Positions 12,426-25,189 of a stretch of DNA of 62,000 bases are shown in pieces. The position numbers and the translations under genes were made by a program. Below the pieces are notes generated by a model. The model saw nothing but the letters and a program-made list of their open reading frames with translations. It searched no databases and was not told the DNA's origin. Position 1 is the stretch's first letter. Each line of letters starts with the position of its first letter. The DNA comes from Camelus ferus (Eukaryota), in contig NC_045697.1 of assembly GCF_009834535.1 (NCBI RefSeq), positions 62,001-124,000 on the forward strand, written 5' to 3'.

Positions 12426-13692
12426 GTCAGTTTTTAAGAAAAGTATGTCCTATGAGACGGAGCCTGGTGCCCTCTTACTTAGTGAGAGGCAACATTGTTC
12501 TGTATGTGGCTTCTATTAGTATGTTGGGAACAGTATGGAGGAATTGGAACAACCGTTCCTTCCCGTAACCAGCTACAAGCAAGGAACGTAAATCCTGACG
12601 CAGGTGCGAGCGTAGTGCTCTGAGCCGGAGCCGAGGCCAGCTGCTCACCTGCTGCTCACAAGTGCCGAGGTTGGGGAGGCCTCCTGGGAGGAACTGCTCA
12701 ATCTGAGCTTTGACAGTTGAGTGGGGCCTTTGCCAGTGGACAGAATGGGGTGGCAGCATCTGTACGAGGCAGAGCCCGAGGACCCCATGGTCTGTCTGGG
12801 ATCCTCCTCACTGTGCGGTGGCAAGAGGGCAGAAGTGAGTTGGGTGGAGCTGGTCCTGAGAGGTGGCAGCCCTGTGCTGGGCATGCAGCCTCCAACAAGG
12901 AAAAAAGAAGCGTGATTCGACCTGCAGTGAGAAAGTTGGCCCAGGGGCGGAGGGAGGCCCACAGGGCAGAGGCACCCACACACCTGGGCTGGCGTTGGGT
13001 GGATGCCTCGCACCACCCTTGCCTGCTTGCTGGGCCTGGGGGAACATCTGCAGTCCTGCCACACCAGGCCGAGCAGTGTGAAGACAGCAGTTACTGCCCA
13101 TCCTGTGTGTACACTCTGAAGTTCTTCTCTCTGTAGTAGGTTTTTCATGGGGAGGGAGGGGCCGGCTGAAGAGTTAGGCCGACGGGGATGAAGCTCTGTC
13201 GGGGGCTGTGACTGCGAGTCACCGAGGGCTGCGTCCCTTCTTCGGAACAGCCTTGTAGGCACACGAGATGCCCTCAGCTGCTGCTGCTCCTCTCCTGCAC
13301 TCTGGGTGCTGCCCTGTCTTAGCTCACTGCCCTTAGTAGCCTCAGCAACTTGGCACCTGTTGAACTTGGTCACTGGTTACTTCCGCTTAAGCTCCGGTAG
13401 TGACCTCACGGAACTGTTTTGTCAGAACAGCCCATGTTCATTTGAATTGTAATTTGTCCTATCTACAGCTTAGAGACATTAAAAACAGTATTAGTGAAAG
13501 CTTAATCTAATGCAAACATTTTTAAAGACAGTTTTTACTTGGGGGTTTCTTTTTTATGTCTTTTCAAACTCCCATGAGTCCGGTTACCTAACATAAACCC
13601 CTCATTTTTATAACAACCACATCCCTTTCCCTTGAAGGGTGAACTCAGGGGACTTCAGGGAGCTCTTCATGTGTACGTTTTCCCCTATCAAG

Positions 13693-13881
13693 GTGGATGA
13701 TAATGTTACAAGGCATTTGGATAAAGTATTAAAAAGGCGGGACTGGGACATGTTAATCCTCCACTACCTCGGGCTGGACCACATCGGCCACATTTCTGGG
13801 CCCAGCAGCCCGCTGATCGGGCACAAGCTCAGCGAGATGGACGGCGTCCTGATGAAGGTCCACACCTCGCTGCTGTCCGAG
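13693..13881 (+). CDS. PIGG: PIGG coding exon 4 (189 nt): VDDNVTRHL...LILHYLGLDHIGH...
   Basis: ATCAAG| acceptor, GAG|GTGAGG donor; HYLGLDHIGH metal-binding motif. Confidence 0.97.
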
Positions 13882-14677
13882 GTGAGGTGCGCTGAGTGGG
13901 CTCGGGTGTCAGGGCGCCAGTATTTCCTAGAGGAAGTAAAGCTCCTAACATGAAGTCGGGTGACCTTGCGTGAACCTCACCCCCACCGGCACTCAGGCAG
14001 CCCTCACCTACGAGCACGTGCCCTGTGCTGACACCATCTCCCCGCAGCCCTGTGGAATAGCAGCTCTTACCTCTCCCTGTTCATCACAGATGTTTCCTGA
14101 GTGCCTCCTCTGCCACCGTCCCTCTCTGGGCACAGAATCTGAGAGAAAAGCCATAATTTAAAATGGTGTGTTCAGAGCAGTGGTCCTTGAGGATGTGTGA
14201 GTTGTGAGCAGAGATTGAAGGGGGTGGTAGGGCCAAGGCGCCACCTGTGCAGGTGTGTTCCAGGCTGAGAAGCAGCGATGGAAGCCAGAGCCTGCAGGCA
14301 AATCCAGGGGCAGCCGCGGCCGCTGCTGTGCCCCAGGGGTGGCTCTGTTTGACAGACAAGGGGGCGGGGGCCCCGGCTCCTACAGCTTGGAGTCACAGAG
14401 ACAGAAACCAAACCCAGATCCTCTGCCCTGAGAGGCTGAACACACAGCCCTTCTGTGCTCTGACCTCCACATGATTCCATCTGTTTTGTTTATGATTCAC
14501 TTGACTTTGACCCTTGATCTGGCAATGAGCTCCTAGGTTAAAAAAAAGGAAAACCAACTCACTTAGAAAGAGCTACAATTTATAAAATAAAACTAAAATC
14601 TGAAGTTGTTTTCTTAACAAGATGGTATGTCTTCCTCGGTCTGGGTACACTGGAAATACTTTTCCTTTACCTCACAG

Positions 14678-14819
14678 GAGAGAGAGACTTTGGTACCCAA
14701 TCTGCTGGTTCTTTGTGCAGACCACGGCATGGCTGAAACAGGGGGTCATGGGGCCTCTTCCCCGGAGGAAGTGAACACCCCTCTGGTCCTAATCAGCTCT
14801 GCATTTGGAAGGAAACATG
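14678..14819 (+). CDS. PIGG: PIGG coding exon 5 (142 nt): ERETLVPNLLVLCADHGMAETGGHG...
   Basis: TCACAG| acceptor, ATG|GTGAGA donor; DHGM...HG motif. Confidence 0.97.
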
Positions 14820-14936
14820 GTGAGACTCTGGGGATGTTTAACTCTAAAATTGTATTTTCTCCGTTTTCTATAGTCTGATTTTTTTTAATTTAAATAAATT
14901 TGTTTTGTTTTGTTTTACCACTTGATTTTAGTTTTA

Positions 14937-15944
14937 TTTTTTTCAATTAATTTTTTTTAGGATTCTTTATTTATTTTGTGTGTATATATATATATTTTTT
15001 TTTTTGAAGTGCAATCAGTTTACAGTGTTGTGTCAATTTCTGGTATATGGCGCCATGCTTCAGTTATACATGAACATACATATATTCATTTTCATGCTCT
15101 TTTTCACCATAAGTTACTACAAGATATTGAATATAGTTTCCTGTGCTCTACAGTGTAAACTTGCTGTTCATCTATTCTATATATATCAGTTAGTATCTGC
15201 AAATCTCTAACTCTCATTTTATCCCCTCCCACCCTCTCCCCCTCGGCAACTGTAAGTTTGTTCTCTGTGTCTGAGAGTCAGCTTCTGGTTTGCAAGTAAG
15301 TTCGTTTGTCTTTTTTTTAGATTCCACATACAAGTGATATCATATGGTACTTTTCTTTCTCTTTCTGGCTTAATTCACTTAGAATAACAATCTCTGGGTC
15401 CATCCATGCTGCTGCAAATGGCATTATTTTTTATGGCAGAGTACTATTCCACTGTATAAATATACCAAATCTTCTTTATTCAGTCATCTGTCGATGGACA
15501 TTTAGGTTGTTTCCATGTCTTGGCTATTGTAAATAGGGCATGTGTGTTTTCGAATTAGAGTTTCCTCCAGATGTATGCCCAGGAGTGGAATTGCTGGATC
15601 ACGTGATAAGTGTATTTTTAGTCTTTTGAGGAATCTCCATACTGTTTTCCACAGTGGCTGCACCAAACTGCATTCCCACCAACAGTGTCGGAGGGTTTCC
15701 TTTTCTCCACACCCTCTCCAGCATTTATCGTTTGTGGACTTTTAAATGATGGCCGTTCTGACTGGTGTGAGGTGACAGCTCATTGTAGTTTTGATTTGCA
15801 TTTCTCTGATAATTAGCGATGTTGAGCATTTTTTCATGTGCCTGTTGGCCATTTGTCTGTCTTCATTGGAGAAATGCTTGTTTAGGTCTTCTGCCCATTT
15901 TTGGATGGGGTTGTTTGGTTTTTTTCTTATTAAGTTGTATGAGC
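14937..15944 (-). mobile_element. 5'-truncated L1 (3' end, about 1 kb) in PIGG intron 5, antisense, with TSD
   Basis: L1 3' UTR and ORF2 C-terminal sequence; perfect 14-bp TSD TGATTTTAGTTTTA at 14923-14936 and 15945-15958. Confidence 0.92.
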
Positions 15945-17429
15945 TGATTTTAGTTTTAAAAACAACCTTTTTGGAAGCGGTTTAAGTTTGAAAACCCTGA
16001 GCGGTGTGAGGATGAAAACTAACAGCGTGAGGGTCGGTCAAGGTTTGGACTTTACATTTCTTGCCCTGATTCTTCAAATACAAATATTCTTTTCAGGAAT
16101 TTTCTGGTGTGAATGTCACGGCCTAGGTGTCTGGAACTGTTAATAAGAAGTGCTGGCAGCTTAGAGACTTCAGAACTGCGTGTGCAAACTGAGAGAAACA
16201 TAAAAAATTAAACTTTTAAATAGTGTCCATTATTTGAACGTATATACTGAATAGCAGTGTCAGCAAGTCACAGGACCAGCTCGAGGGCCTGCCAGTGGCT
16301 CTCTGGCTCAGATTCACCAGCCCTTTGCACTTGGCTGGCCGTCTGGCTCCCCACCCTTGATCTGGGCCTCACGAGTGTTCCCACGCTGGACGCTGGCTCC
16401 CTCCCTCATGACCCCTCAGTTCCAGTGGGCAGGCTGACCCCCCACCCTGGGGCCTCCCATTTGTCCGGTTTCCCTCTGACCTCTCCCTTGGCCGTGTCGT
16501 CTCTGTGGGCTTAGTGCCCTCGCCTCTTTTTCTGGGCGGCCTCTTTCATTCTGCGTTCACTCCTCACTCCAGTGGACCTCATCTACTTCCATGAGAGGGG
16601 CACAGCTGTCACATCTGTCCCTCCAGCTGTCTCCTCTTTCCTCTGTCTAGACTGTCTGCCCAGCTGCCTGCTGACGCACCTGTGTGGCCCTCCCACGCCT
16701 GGAGTGCATGGGACAACTGCACCTCTGCTCTGCCCCCCACTCCCCGTTCTTTAGGGTAGAAGCCTGGTGTCCTCCTTTGCTCCTTCCACACGCTGGACCA
16801 GCCCCATCTCCCATACATACCACCTTTCAGTAGCTGAACCTCACATACAGTAAAACTCCTACGTGAGGCTCCCTGCCTACCTCATTGCTTTGTCCTGAGC
16901 TGCATTCCCCATTACTCACCGTATCCGGGCCTCCCACAGGTCCTCCAGGTGACAAGCTTTTCCTCACGTGGCCTGACCCCGTCATCCACAGCCCCTCAGC
17001 CTGTTCTCACATTTGTCCTTGGTCTCACCCATCAGCTTCTCTGGGGGGCTGTGTGCATGCTCTGAATCCAGAGGGACAGCGGGGTTGACTTGACCTCTCC
17101 AAAGTGAATGTGCCTCTGCATCCACTGGGCTCCCTCTACCTCAGTGTCTACCCCACACTCCAAAACTCACACGTTACAGAGTTCCTCGTGCTAGTATCCC
17201 TCCCTTGTACGTGTGCTACTCTGGGGAAGGCACCAGGCTCCGCGTACAGTGAGTGTTGTGTAAATTTATTGACATAGAAGACAACGAGGTGATTTCTGTC
17301 TGAATCTACACGGAACAGTTTGTAGAGATGGGTGATTTGATTTACACTGCTGTAGAAGGTCAGATTCAGGAGTGACTACCATCATACACACCCTCGAGCC
17401 TGTCACTTAAACTGTCTCCTTTCTTCTAG

Positions 17430-17642
17430 GTGACATCAGACACCCAAAGCGTGTCCAGCAGACTGACTTAGCTGCAACCCTGTCCATAGGGCTTGGTCTG
17501 CCGATTCCAGAGAACAGCGTGGGCAGTCTCCTGTTCCCAGTTGTAGAAGGAAAACCAATGAGAGAACAACTGAGATTTTTACATTTAAATACAGTACAGC
17601 TTAGCAAGTTGTTGCAAGAGAATGTACCATCTTATAAGAAAG
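17430..17642 (+). CDS. PIGG: PIGG coding exon 6 (213 nt): GDIRHPKRVQQTDLAATLSIGLGLPIPENSVG...
   Basis: TTCTAG| acceptor, AAG|GTGAGC donor; open frame with the QxDLAATL..LGLPIP..S.G motif; not in the ORF track, translated by hand. Confidence 0.96.
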
Positions 17643-17814
17643 GTGAGCCAGTTAACAGTTGCTGACACCTGTTGCACTGTGTTTCCGCGTGCCTGGCGTT
17701 GTCCTGGTGTGTCCGTGGTGGGGCTTCAGCAGTCAGGCTGTGTGTTCTGTTTGATCAGAGCCCTGACTGTCGCCACTAGTGGTGCCTGCAGATGTACTTG
17801 TCTAAAGCTGATTG

Positions 17815-18539
17815 TTTCATACATTTACTCATTCAGCAAATGTTGAGTTTTTTCAGTGTCCTGTTTGGCCAGGGACTGTGGAAAGCACTCGAGACTGTGG
17901 AAACACAGCACGAGAGCTCTGCCCTCACAGAGCCAGTCGTCCGGAGGGAGGACAGAAAGAGAGGGGGCAGTAAGTGTTGGACAGTGACGGTGCCTTAGGA
18001 AAAGGCTGAAGCTGGAAGAGGGGTGCAGGCGGTGAGGGCCGTAGGGGTAGTCTGGCTTGGGAGCCTGGCAGGGGCATCGTGGCAGGCGCAAGGTCTAGTG
18101 TTGGGGACCTGCCGGCACATTCATGGAGTGACCGGGGGCCGCAGTGTCTGGAGCAGAGTGAACTGGGGGCAGGCAGAAGGACCTGAGGCCTGAGGGTGGA
18201 AGGTTTCTTACTTCCATTCTAAGTTCAGTGGGAGCTGCTACAGGGTTTCGCGCAGAGCCTGAAGTGTTGCCCTTGCATCTGCAGAGACTCTTTCAGGTGC
18301 CCGTGTGCCTTCAGAGACAGATGAGGGAGGGCGGGCCCAGGTGGTGGAATCTGGGACAGATGGTTGAATTCTCAATTCATTTTGAAGGCAGCGCAAACAG
18401 GATTTGCTGATGCGCTGGGTATCAGGTGCATGCAAACCAGAGGTGTAAGGAACAACTTGGGGTTCTCAGCTGAGCAGTGAAAGGATGCAGTGGCCATGAT
18501 CGAGGGAGAGAAGGCTGTAGGAAGGACATGTTTGCAAGG

Positions 18540-18585
<46 letters not shown>

Positions 18586-18735
18586 CGCGGGTGGGGGGCA
18601 GGCTTGTTGAGGAAGCCAAGTAAAGAAAGAATGTCAAGAAGGAGGGTGTGAGGATGTGTTGAATGCTGCTCAAGGTAAAGTGAAATGAGGAACTGAGAAC
18701 TGACCCATCCGACAGTTGAGGATCTCAGCGGCTGT
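17815..18735 (-). mobile_element. Degenerate L2 element in PIGG intron 6
   Basis: catttactcattcagcaaatgttgag start and typical L2 body (aacaggatttgctgatg..., gatgaggaactgagaactgacc). Confidence 0.6.
18541..18582 (+). repeat. (TG)21 microsatellite
   Basis: Perfect dinucleotide run. Confidence 0.97.
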
Positions 18736-19368
18736 GTGAGGAGGGGTTGGTTCACTGCTGTCCCGAAGAGGGAGCCAGCGGCTGCCGGGGCTGGGCTCTG
18801 TCCACAAGCTGTGGCCAGCCCTGAAGTGAAGACTTAGCTCAGCGTTGGGGTAGGAGGGGCTTCCCAGGAGAGACTGTGAGGAAGGGACACAGTGGAAAAA
18901 GGGAGCTGGTGGGGGTGGGGGTGGCCTGCCCCCCTCGGAAAAGTGGATGCAGTGGAGGAGGCTTCAGGCCACTCCTACCCAGTCCGTGCTCAGTGCCTGA
19001 GGGTTGGAAAGATTTTGTAAAACCAAGGGCCTCTTAGTGCAGTGCCTTTCTGGGTTATTTTAACATTGCACCTTGAGGAAGCAAGTGGAGAGAGAAGGGG
19101 AGAGGGGTAAGCAGGAGGCAGAGGAAGACAGGGCCAAGTTGCGGGGTGTTGTGCGTGGCCGTGTGCCGAGGCCGTGGAAGGAGCTGGCGTCAGAGCCTAG
19201 GCCAGCATCGCTAGATGTTGCGGTTTTACTGACGGTGTCGCTGACCACCCCTCCCCAAGGGGCAGTCAGGTGTCAGGCTTTACCACAAGCCGCAAGTAAC
19301 TGAATGCTGTGAAATGAACGTGGGTGGCGTGTCTGTGATCTGTGTAAGTCGCCTTCTCTTCTTGTCAG

Positions 19369-19586
19369 ACCCTGGATTCGAGCAGTTTAAAGTATCAGAG
19401 AGGCTGCATGGGAACTGGATCAGGCTGTACTTGGAGGAGAGCTCCTCAGAAGTCCTTTTCAACCTGGGAAGCAAGCTGCGCAGGCAGTACTTGGATGCCC
19501 TGAGGACCCTGAGCCTGTCCCTGAGCAGACAGATGGCCCAGTACGATGTCTACTCCATGGTGGTGGGGACTGTCGTCGTTCTGGAG
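19369..19586 (+). CDS. PIGG: PIGG coding exon 7 (218 nt): DPGFEQFKVSERLHGNW...YSMVVGTVVVLE
   Basis: TGTCAG| acceptor, GAG|GTACGG donor; inside ORF 19314..19634. Confidence 0.96.
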
Positions 19587-19947
19587 GTACGGTCCTCGTG
19601 TGGAGTGGGGGCTCGGCTGGCAGGCCAATTGTAGAACAGCCAGGATTCTGTAGTTTGAAGGATATGCAGCATCAGTGTTTCTGAAAAGGGAGAAGTGAGT
19701 GTCTCTGCTTGTTAGACTTTCGTGGGGCGTCCTGACACCCCAGTGTCGTCAGGTGTCCCAGGGCCCTGCTCCACACCACTCGGTGCCCCTTCCTGGCAGT
19801 TCATGACAAATACTATGTGTTGGGTTTCTGCTTTCTTTTCAGTTTCTGCCATTTGAACGATGACACAGGGTCAAGAGATGGGCTGCTTCTACGCAGGCTT
19901 CTCCACACCCAGCAGCCGTTGACACTGCTGTTGTGTTCCTGTTCCAG

Positions 19948-20229
19948 GTTCTCACCCTGCTCCTGCTCAGCGTCCCACAAGCGCTGAGCAGCAAGGCTGA
20001 GCTGGACGTCCCTCTCTTGTCGCCTGTGTTTTCGCTGCTCTTTTACCTGGTACTCCTGGTTCTCTCGGCCCTGCATGTCATCGTGTGCACCTCTGCTGGC
20101 AGTCGGTGCTACCTGTGCAGCCTCTCGTGGCCGGCAGCCGGTGGAGTGATGGTGCTGATCTCCACGCTGCTCTGTGCAGTCACATCTGCTCTCGCCAAGA
20201 CGCTCGCCCGTGGGAAGCTTCTGAGTCAG
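19948..20229 (+). CDS. PIGG: PIGG coding exon 8 (282 nt): hydrophobic transmembrane segments, VLTLLLLSVP...GKLLSQ
   Basis: TTCCAG| acceptor, CAG|GTAGGG donor; inside ORF 19933..20481. Confidence 0.95.
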
Positions 20230-21591
20230 GTAGGGCTGGGCCCCGCAGACACAGCAGTGTCTTTTTGGGTAGGCCTTTTCAGGTTATTTCAGCTGATCAG
20301 ACGTTGGTTGAACCCCTGGTGTGGACCAGGCACAGTGCTGGTGGGAGCCGAGGAGAGGGGCACGCCCTTCCTAGAAGCCAACAGGATGTGCTCACAGCAG
20401 CAGGTCTCCCGGGCCCCTGAGCACCCTGACTTCAGTCTCTCAGACCTGTGTTGTCGGGTCTCATGCTTCCATCCGAGTTGAAGAGACAAGTCCCCTGACT
20501 GTACCCAGGGACCGCACATAGCTGCTGGGCCGCTGACTGATGGGGAAGTGCTTGAATCAGAGGCTGCATTTGAGCGCAGCCAAGGGAAGGACGTTACCGG
20601 GAGGAAGGCGTCAACCCCTTAACACTCCAGGGAGGTCAAAAGGAGTCTCGGACCCTATCCTCATTCTGCTTCATAAATGCAGTTTGCTTTCCAAGACTGG
20701 CACTTTGCTTTAGAATCCTTACAGCCTTCAGCCTCTGACACCTTCCTGCATCAGCTGGTTGTGGTGGCAGGGCGGCAAGGAGGAGATGGGCAGTCCTTTC
20801 AGGCCACAGCGCCCAGGGCCCAGGGGACCCAGTGCAGGGACTGGTCACAGGGGCCGCAGATACCCCCGGCCCACATGCCCATGGCTGAGCAGCTGGTGTG
20901 TTGTCGTTCACGACACCTCTCTCCCTGCTCACACGTGGGGCTCTCGGGGCCTGACGAGGTTCACAGCACCTCTCCATTGTGTACTAGCTGCACGCAATTA
21001 GTAGAATGAATGTTGAGTAGTTACCAATGACATCGTCAAGTCCTCATCTTCACCTTTAAATGCCTTAAGTTAGTATATTTAAGGAATAGCCCTGTGATGC
21101 CAACCTTGTCATTTCAATAAAATTGACTGTTGTAGTGGGAACTCCCTGGATTTCGGGAAAATTCATGGAGAAATTAGATGTCTGGTTTGGTGGAATATGT
21201 CCTTGGGGTTCTCTGAGTTCAAGTAGCAGGAACTGACTCTGAGAAGGTGAGGACGAGGGCCTGGAAGGATGGGTCCCGGAGCTGGTGGGTGAGCCATCTG
21301 ACCCAGGCCCTGTCGAGACGATGTGGGTCCAGACATCTTCAGTCTCGCTGTCACTCAGCTTAGGACTTGCAGTCCAGGGTGAGGCCTGCCCTACTGTCCC
21401 CATGACCTCCCTGCAGCACCCCAGGCAGATGGGCTGTTCCACCGAGCAGGGTGGGTTGGGTCCTGTGTGGGTCCTGTGTTGGGTCCTGTCACAACAGGCT
21501 GTGTTCTGTGAGCAAAAGCTTGTGGTACCTGCAACAGGACAGGTGCACTTCTCAGACCTTCCCCTTACACAGCACGTTTTCCTTTTTGCAG

Positions 21592-22049
21592 ACTCCAGCT
21601 CATCCCATCTCACGGTGGTCGGAGTTAGACCTTCTTATCTTGTTAGGGACTGTGGGCCACGTCTTGAGTCTGGGTGCGAGCAGCTTCGTCGAAGAGGAGC
21701 ACCAGACCTGGTACTTCCTTATTAACACCCTGTGTCTAGCCCTGTGTCACGAAGTCTACAGGAGCTGCTTTCTGGGGGACGACTGTGGGCCTCAGCACTG
21801 CTTACACGCAGAAGAGGAACCTGAAGGGGCCACGCCAGCCCTGCAGGCCAAGAGAGCTGACTGCAACGTGCTAGAGCTCGACGCGGTGTCCAAGGGCCCC
21901 TCTTCTGTGGAGGTGCCCAGAGGCTGTGAGAGGTGGATGGTGCTGGCAAGCCCGTGGCTGGTACTTACCTGCTGCCGGCTGCTGCGGTCTCTGAACCAGA
22001 CGGGTGTGCAGTGGGCCCACCGGCCTGACCTGGGGCACTGGCTCACCAG
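21592..22049 (+). CDS. PIGG: PIGG coding exon 9 (458 nt): TPAHPISRWSELD...SSFVEEEHQTWY...LNQTGVQWAHRPDLGHWLT
   Basis: TTTTTGCAG| acceptor, CAG|GTGAGA donor; SSFVEEEH and NQTG motifs. Confidence 0.96.
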
Positions 22050-24301
22050 GTGAGAGCAGAGCATGGCCTCGGGCCAGACCTTCCATAGCCGACTGGCCAT
22101 ATACAGTGTCTCCTTTTTCAAATTGTAGGCCTAGTTTTTATATTCAGGATAGGCATGGTATTTGGGACCTGAAGAAATAGAAAAATGACCATGAATTCAT
22201 GTTGAAAGGTGAATTTATTTGAGGCTGCCCTAACATGTTTGGTTTTTTTTAGTGCTAAAATCACTGTAACTGTTCATGTTTGAAAACCTGAAAGTTTGAA
22301 ATGGTAATTGCAGCAAGGGTGTAGTTTGTCCCCACTGCCTTGTCCCAAATGGTGCAAGTCTGGGGTGACAGGCTGGCAAGGCACGTGTGTCCACCCCCCT
22401 TTTCTCTCCCCAGCCCCGGAAAGGGCAGCTATGTTGGTTGGAGCCAGTGGGTGAGCCTTCAGCCCTGCAAAGCCTCTCGAACGGCTGGAAAGCCCAGTAG
22501 AAAGCACAGCAGATAGAGAGGAGTAAAGCAATGAGAGGAAACTAGGGCAGAAAAGACCGAGACTTTGGCTAACTCACGCATTTTAACAGTCAGCGAAGGC
22601 TTAGAAAGCCCAAGTAAGGGGAGAACAGCAAAATGAAAAAGTGTTTCCGAGAGAGACAAACGAAGGTCACTGTCTGGTTGCTGTGAAGAACTTCTGTAGA
22701 AATTACCAACAGGAAGGGGGCTCAGGAGAATAACACACATTCCTAGAGAAGGAAGTGCCAAAGGAAAGAGAAGGAAAATGCTCAGTTCTGCTAGAAATTA
22801 GGGAACTTCAACTAAATAACAGCACGCAATTTCATAACTAATGAGGTACAGAAACCAAAGGAAGGGATAAAGTCTCGGTGAGCACTGGAGGGTCCTAGGA
22901 CCACACGCTGGCACAGCCTTTTTGGAAGATACCTGGAATTGTACCTCAAAGGCTGTAAAATTATTTTTCCTCTGGCTAAATAATTCCTGTGGTGAATTTC
23001 TCCCCAGTATTAACTGTATTAGCAAACCCTTGGCAACCACAGTGACCACAGGTAGCATTTTTGGGCGCCTGCTGTGTGCCCGCTCATTTCCTTTTCACAG
23101 CAGCCCTGAAGAGAGGATGATGGCCCATCCCTACTTAGGGTGAGGAGGCAGAGGGGAGTTAGGGCATCACCAAGAGTGAGAGGCCTTGCTGGGTGTCATG
23201 GCCAGAGCATGTGAGGGTGAGAGCGCTGAGGCGGCACAGGGACCACACTTCTTATTCTCCTGGGAAACTGACACACCACAGGAGGATCTGCTGATTTCCA
23301 TCCCTAGATGCACTAAGGTGCATGCAGTGGTGCCCCCACAAGCCTTGCCCCCTCTCCAGGTCCGCATCTCGGTCTGGATCCCCTTCCAGCACACTGGACC
23401 CCAGCCCTTCCCACCAGTTTGTGAAGAGGCTGCAGTGTTCTCCACAGCAGAGCCTCCGTGAAATCCCCAAAGTCGCCTTCTCTGTTGTCATTTGTGACAG
23501 TTAGCAATCTGGGATTTGCATAAAGTGTACAGTTTACAGAGCAACAAGAAGTGGACCCAGCAGTGCCAGGCCCCAGTGTGGCCCCCATCCTCATCTGCCA
23601 TCCTCAGGACTCATGTCCTGACACTGGCTACACCTTTCCTCTGCGTCTTCCCACACAGTTTTTCCTATCAGTGTGTACCCCTTGGCAGACTGTTGAGTGT
23701 TTGGGCTTTGTGAGTAGGGCTGCAGTGAATAAAACAGAAAAGACCATGCCTCCACAGTGAGGCGCCCCCGAGGTAGCAGGGGTGGTGGGCAAGGCTAGGT
23801 AGAGAGAGGGGACTGGCCTGCCCTGGACAGCTGTGTGCCCCACTGCCCCCCCAAAGTCTCCCGCCTGGGAGGGGGCATACACTTATGTGAGACCATCTGC
23901 GTTACGAGTGACTGGAAGAGGTTGGCAGCAGGGTGTGTGTGTCTCCCATGAGCAGGGTGAGCTGCCCAGAGCCTCTTCACCTGTCTGTGGGGAAAGTGGG
24001 GCTGCCCCAGAGAGGGCACCGGAGAGACAGCGGACACAGTTTTAAAGATGTCACCACGCTGGCCGGTGCAGAGCTGATGATGGCTGACACTTGAGAGCAA
24101 GCAGTGGAAGTGCAGGGGAATAGCCCTTTATTTGTTCCATTGGAAGAACTTGTTTGAATTTAAATAACCAACAGGTTCCTTTTTCACTTTTTAGGAAGAT
24201 CAGCTCTTTTTAGCACAGTTCTTAGAAGGCACTTGGTGTAGATCCGTAACATCACTAGCCATAGTCGTTAGTAATTTGGGGCATTCTCCATTTCTTTTCA
24301 G

Positions 24302-24493
24302 CTCTGATCATAAAGCTGAGCTCTCTGTTCTGGCTGCACTTTCCCTCATCATGATTTTTGTGTTGGTTCAGAGGAGGTGCTCCCCTGCATCAAAAGTGGC
24401 CATGGCGTTTGGCCTGCTGGGCGTCTACTGCTACCGGGCAGCCATTGGAAATGTACTGTTCCCATGGCAACAAGACAACAAAGACATTTCAAA
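24302..24493 (+). CDS. PIGG: PIGG coding exon 10 (192 nt): SDHKAELSVLAALSL...DISK
   Basis: TTTTCAG| acceptor, AA|GTAAGT donor; phase 2 to 2. Confidence 0.95.
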
Positions 24494-25189
24494 GTAAGTG
24501 TACTGGCAGATGTGAGCATTTGTCTTTAGATCTGGTCTAGCGTTTTATGTACTAAAAACTGCCGTTGCAGTCTTGAGAGCACTAGAGTTTAGTTTGCGTG
24601 AATTGTGATCTTGTCAGCAGTTACTATCTGACAACACCTCAGTGAACCAATTCTGTTAGCCGCCTTTTTTTGGTAGAAGACAGAGAAATAACTTAGGAGT
24701 AAGGTCACTGAGGTTTATGTTTTAAATAAGGAATTCTTTAAATATAAAGAATTTAAAGGATTCAGTTTTGCTCCATCAAGAAGTAGCAAGTAATGAGGAT
24801 AATAAGGACTGGATGCCTCCTAGCTGTTGAGGGTGAAGCATGCCGGAAAACAGCTTTCCCAGGGTTTATGGTGAGTCCTGTAGGCAGGGGGCGGCTCGTG
24901 CTGACTGAATCAGGAATACCACTTTTTGCACTTTCTGCCTAAGTGGCCGCTTCTCTGTTTTTAATGGTGATGTGGGTTGGTGCAAGCAGAGGCCGTTCTG
25001 GAGGGCTGTTCATCAAATATGTTAAGAACCTTGAGTTTCTCCAACCCTCTGACTCAGGTATGCTTTTATAGAATTTATGTCAAAAAAACAACTAGAGGAG
25101 AGGCCAGACATGGGGATACAGGCGTGTTCTCTGAAGCGCTATTTACAGTTGCGCATAACAAAAAACACGTAAGTGGCCGACGGTGGTGG

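Noticed and set aside
12645..13373. 242-aa antisense ORF in PIGG intron 3 (also the 243-aa ORF at 44388-45119)
   Set aside because: Non-ATG starts, GC-rich low-information translations, and no motifs or splice support.
19933..20481. 182-aa ORF running past PIGG exon 8
   Set aside because: Read-through into intron 8 beyond a good donor at 20229; PIGG similarity stops there.
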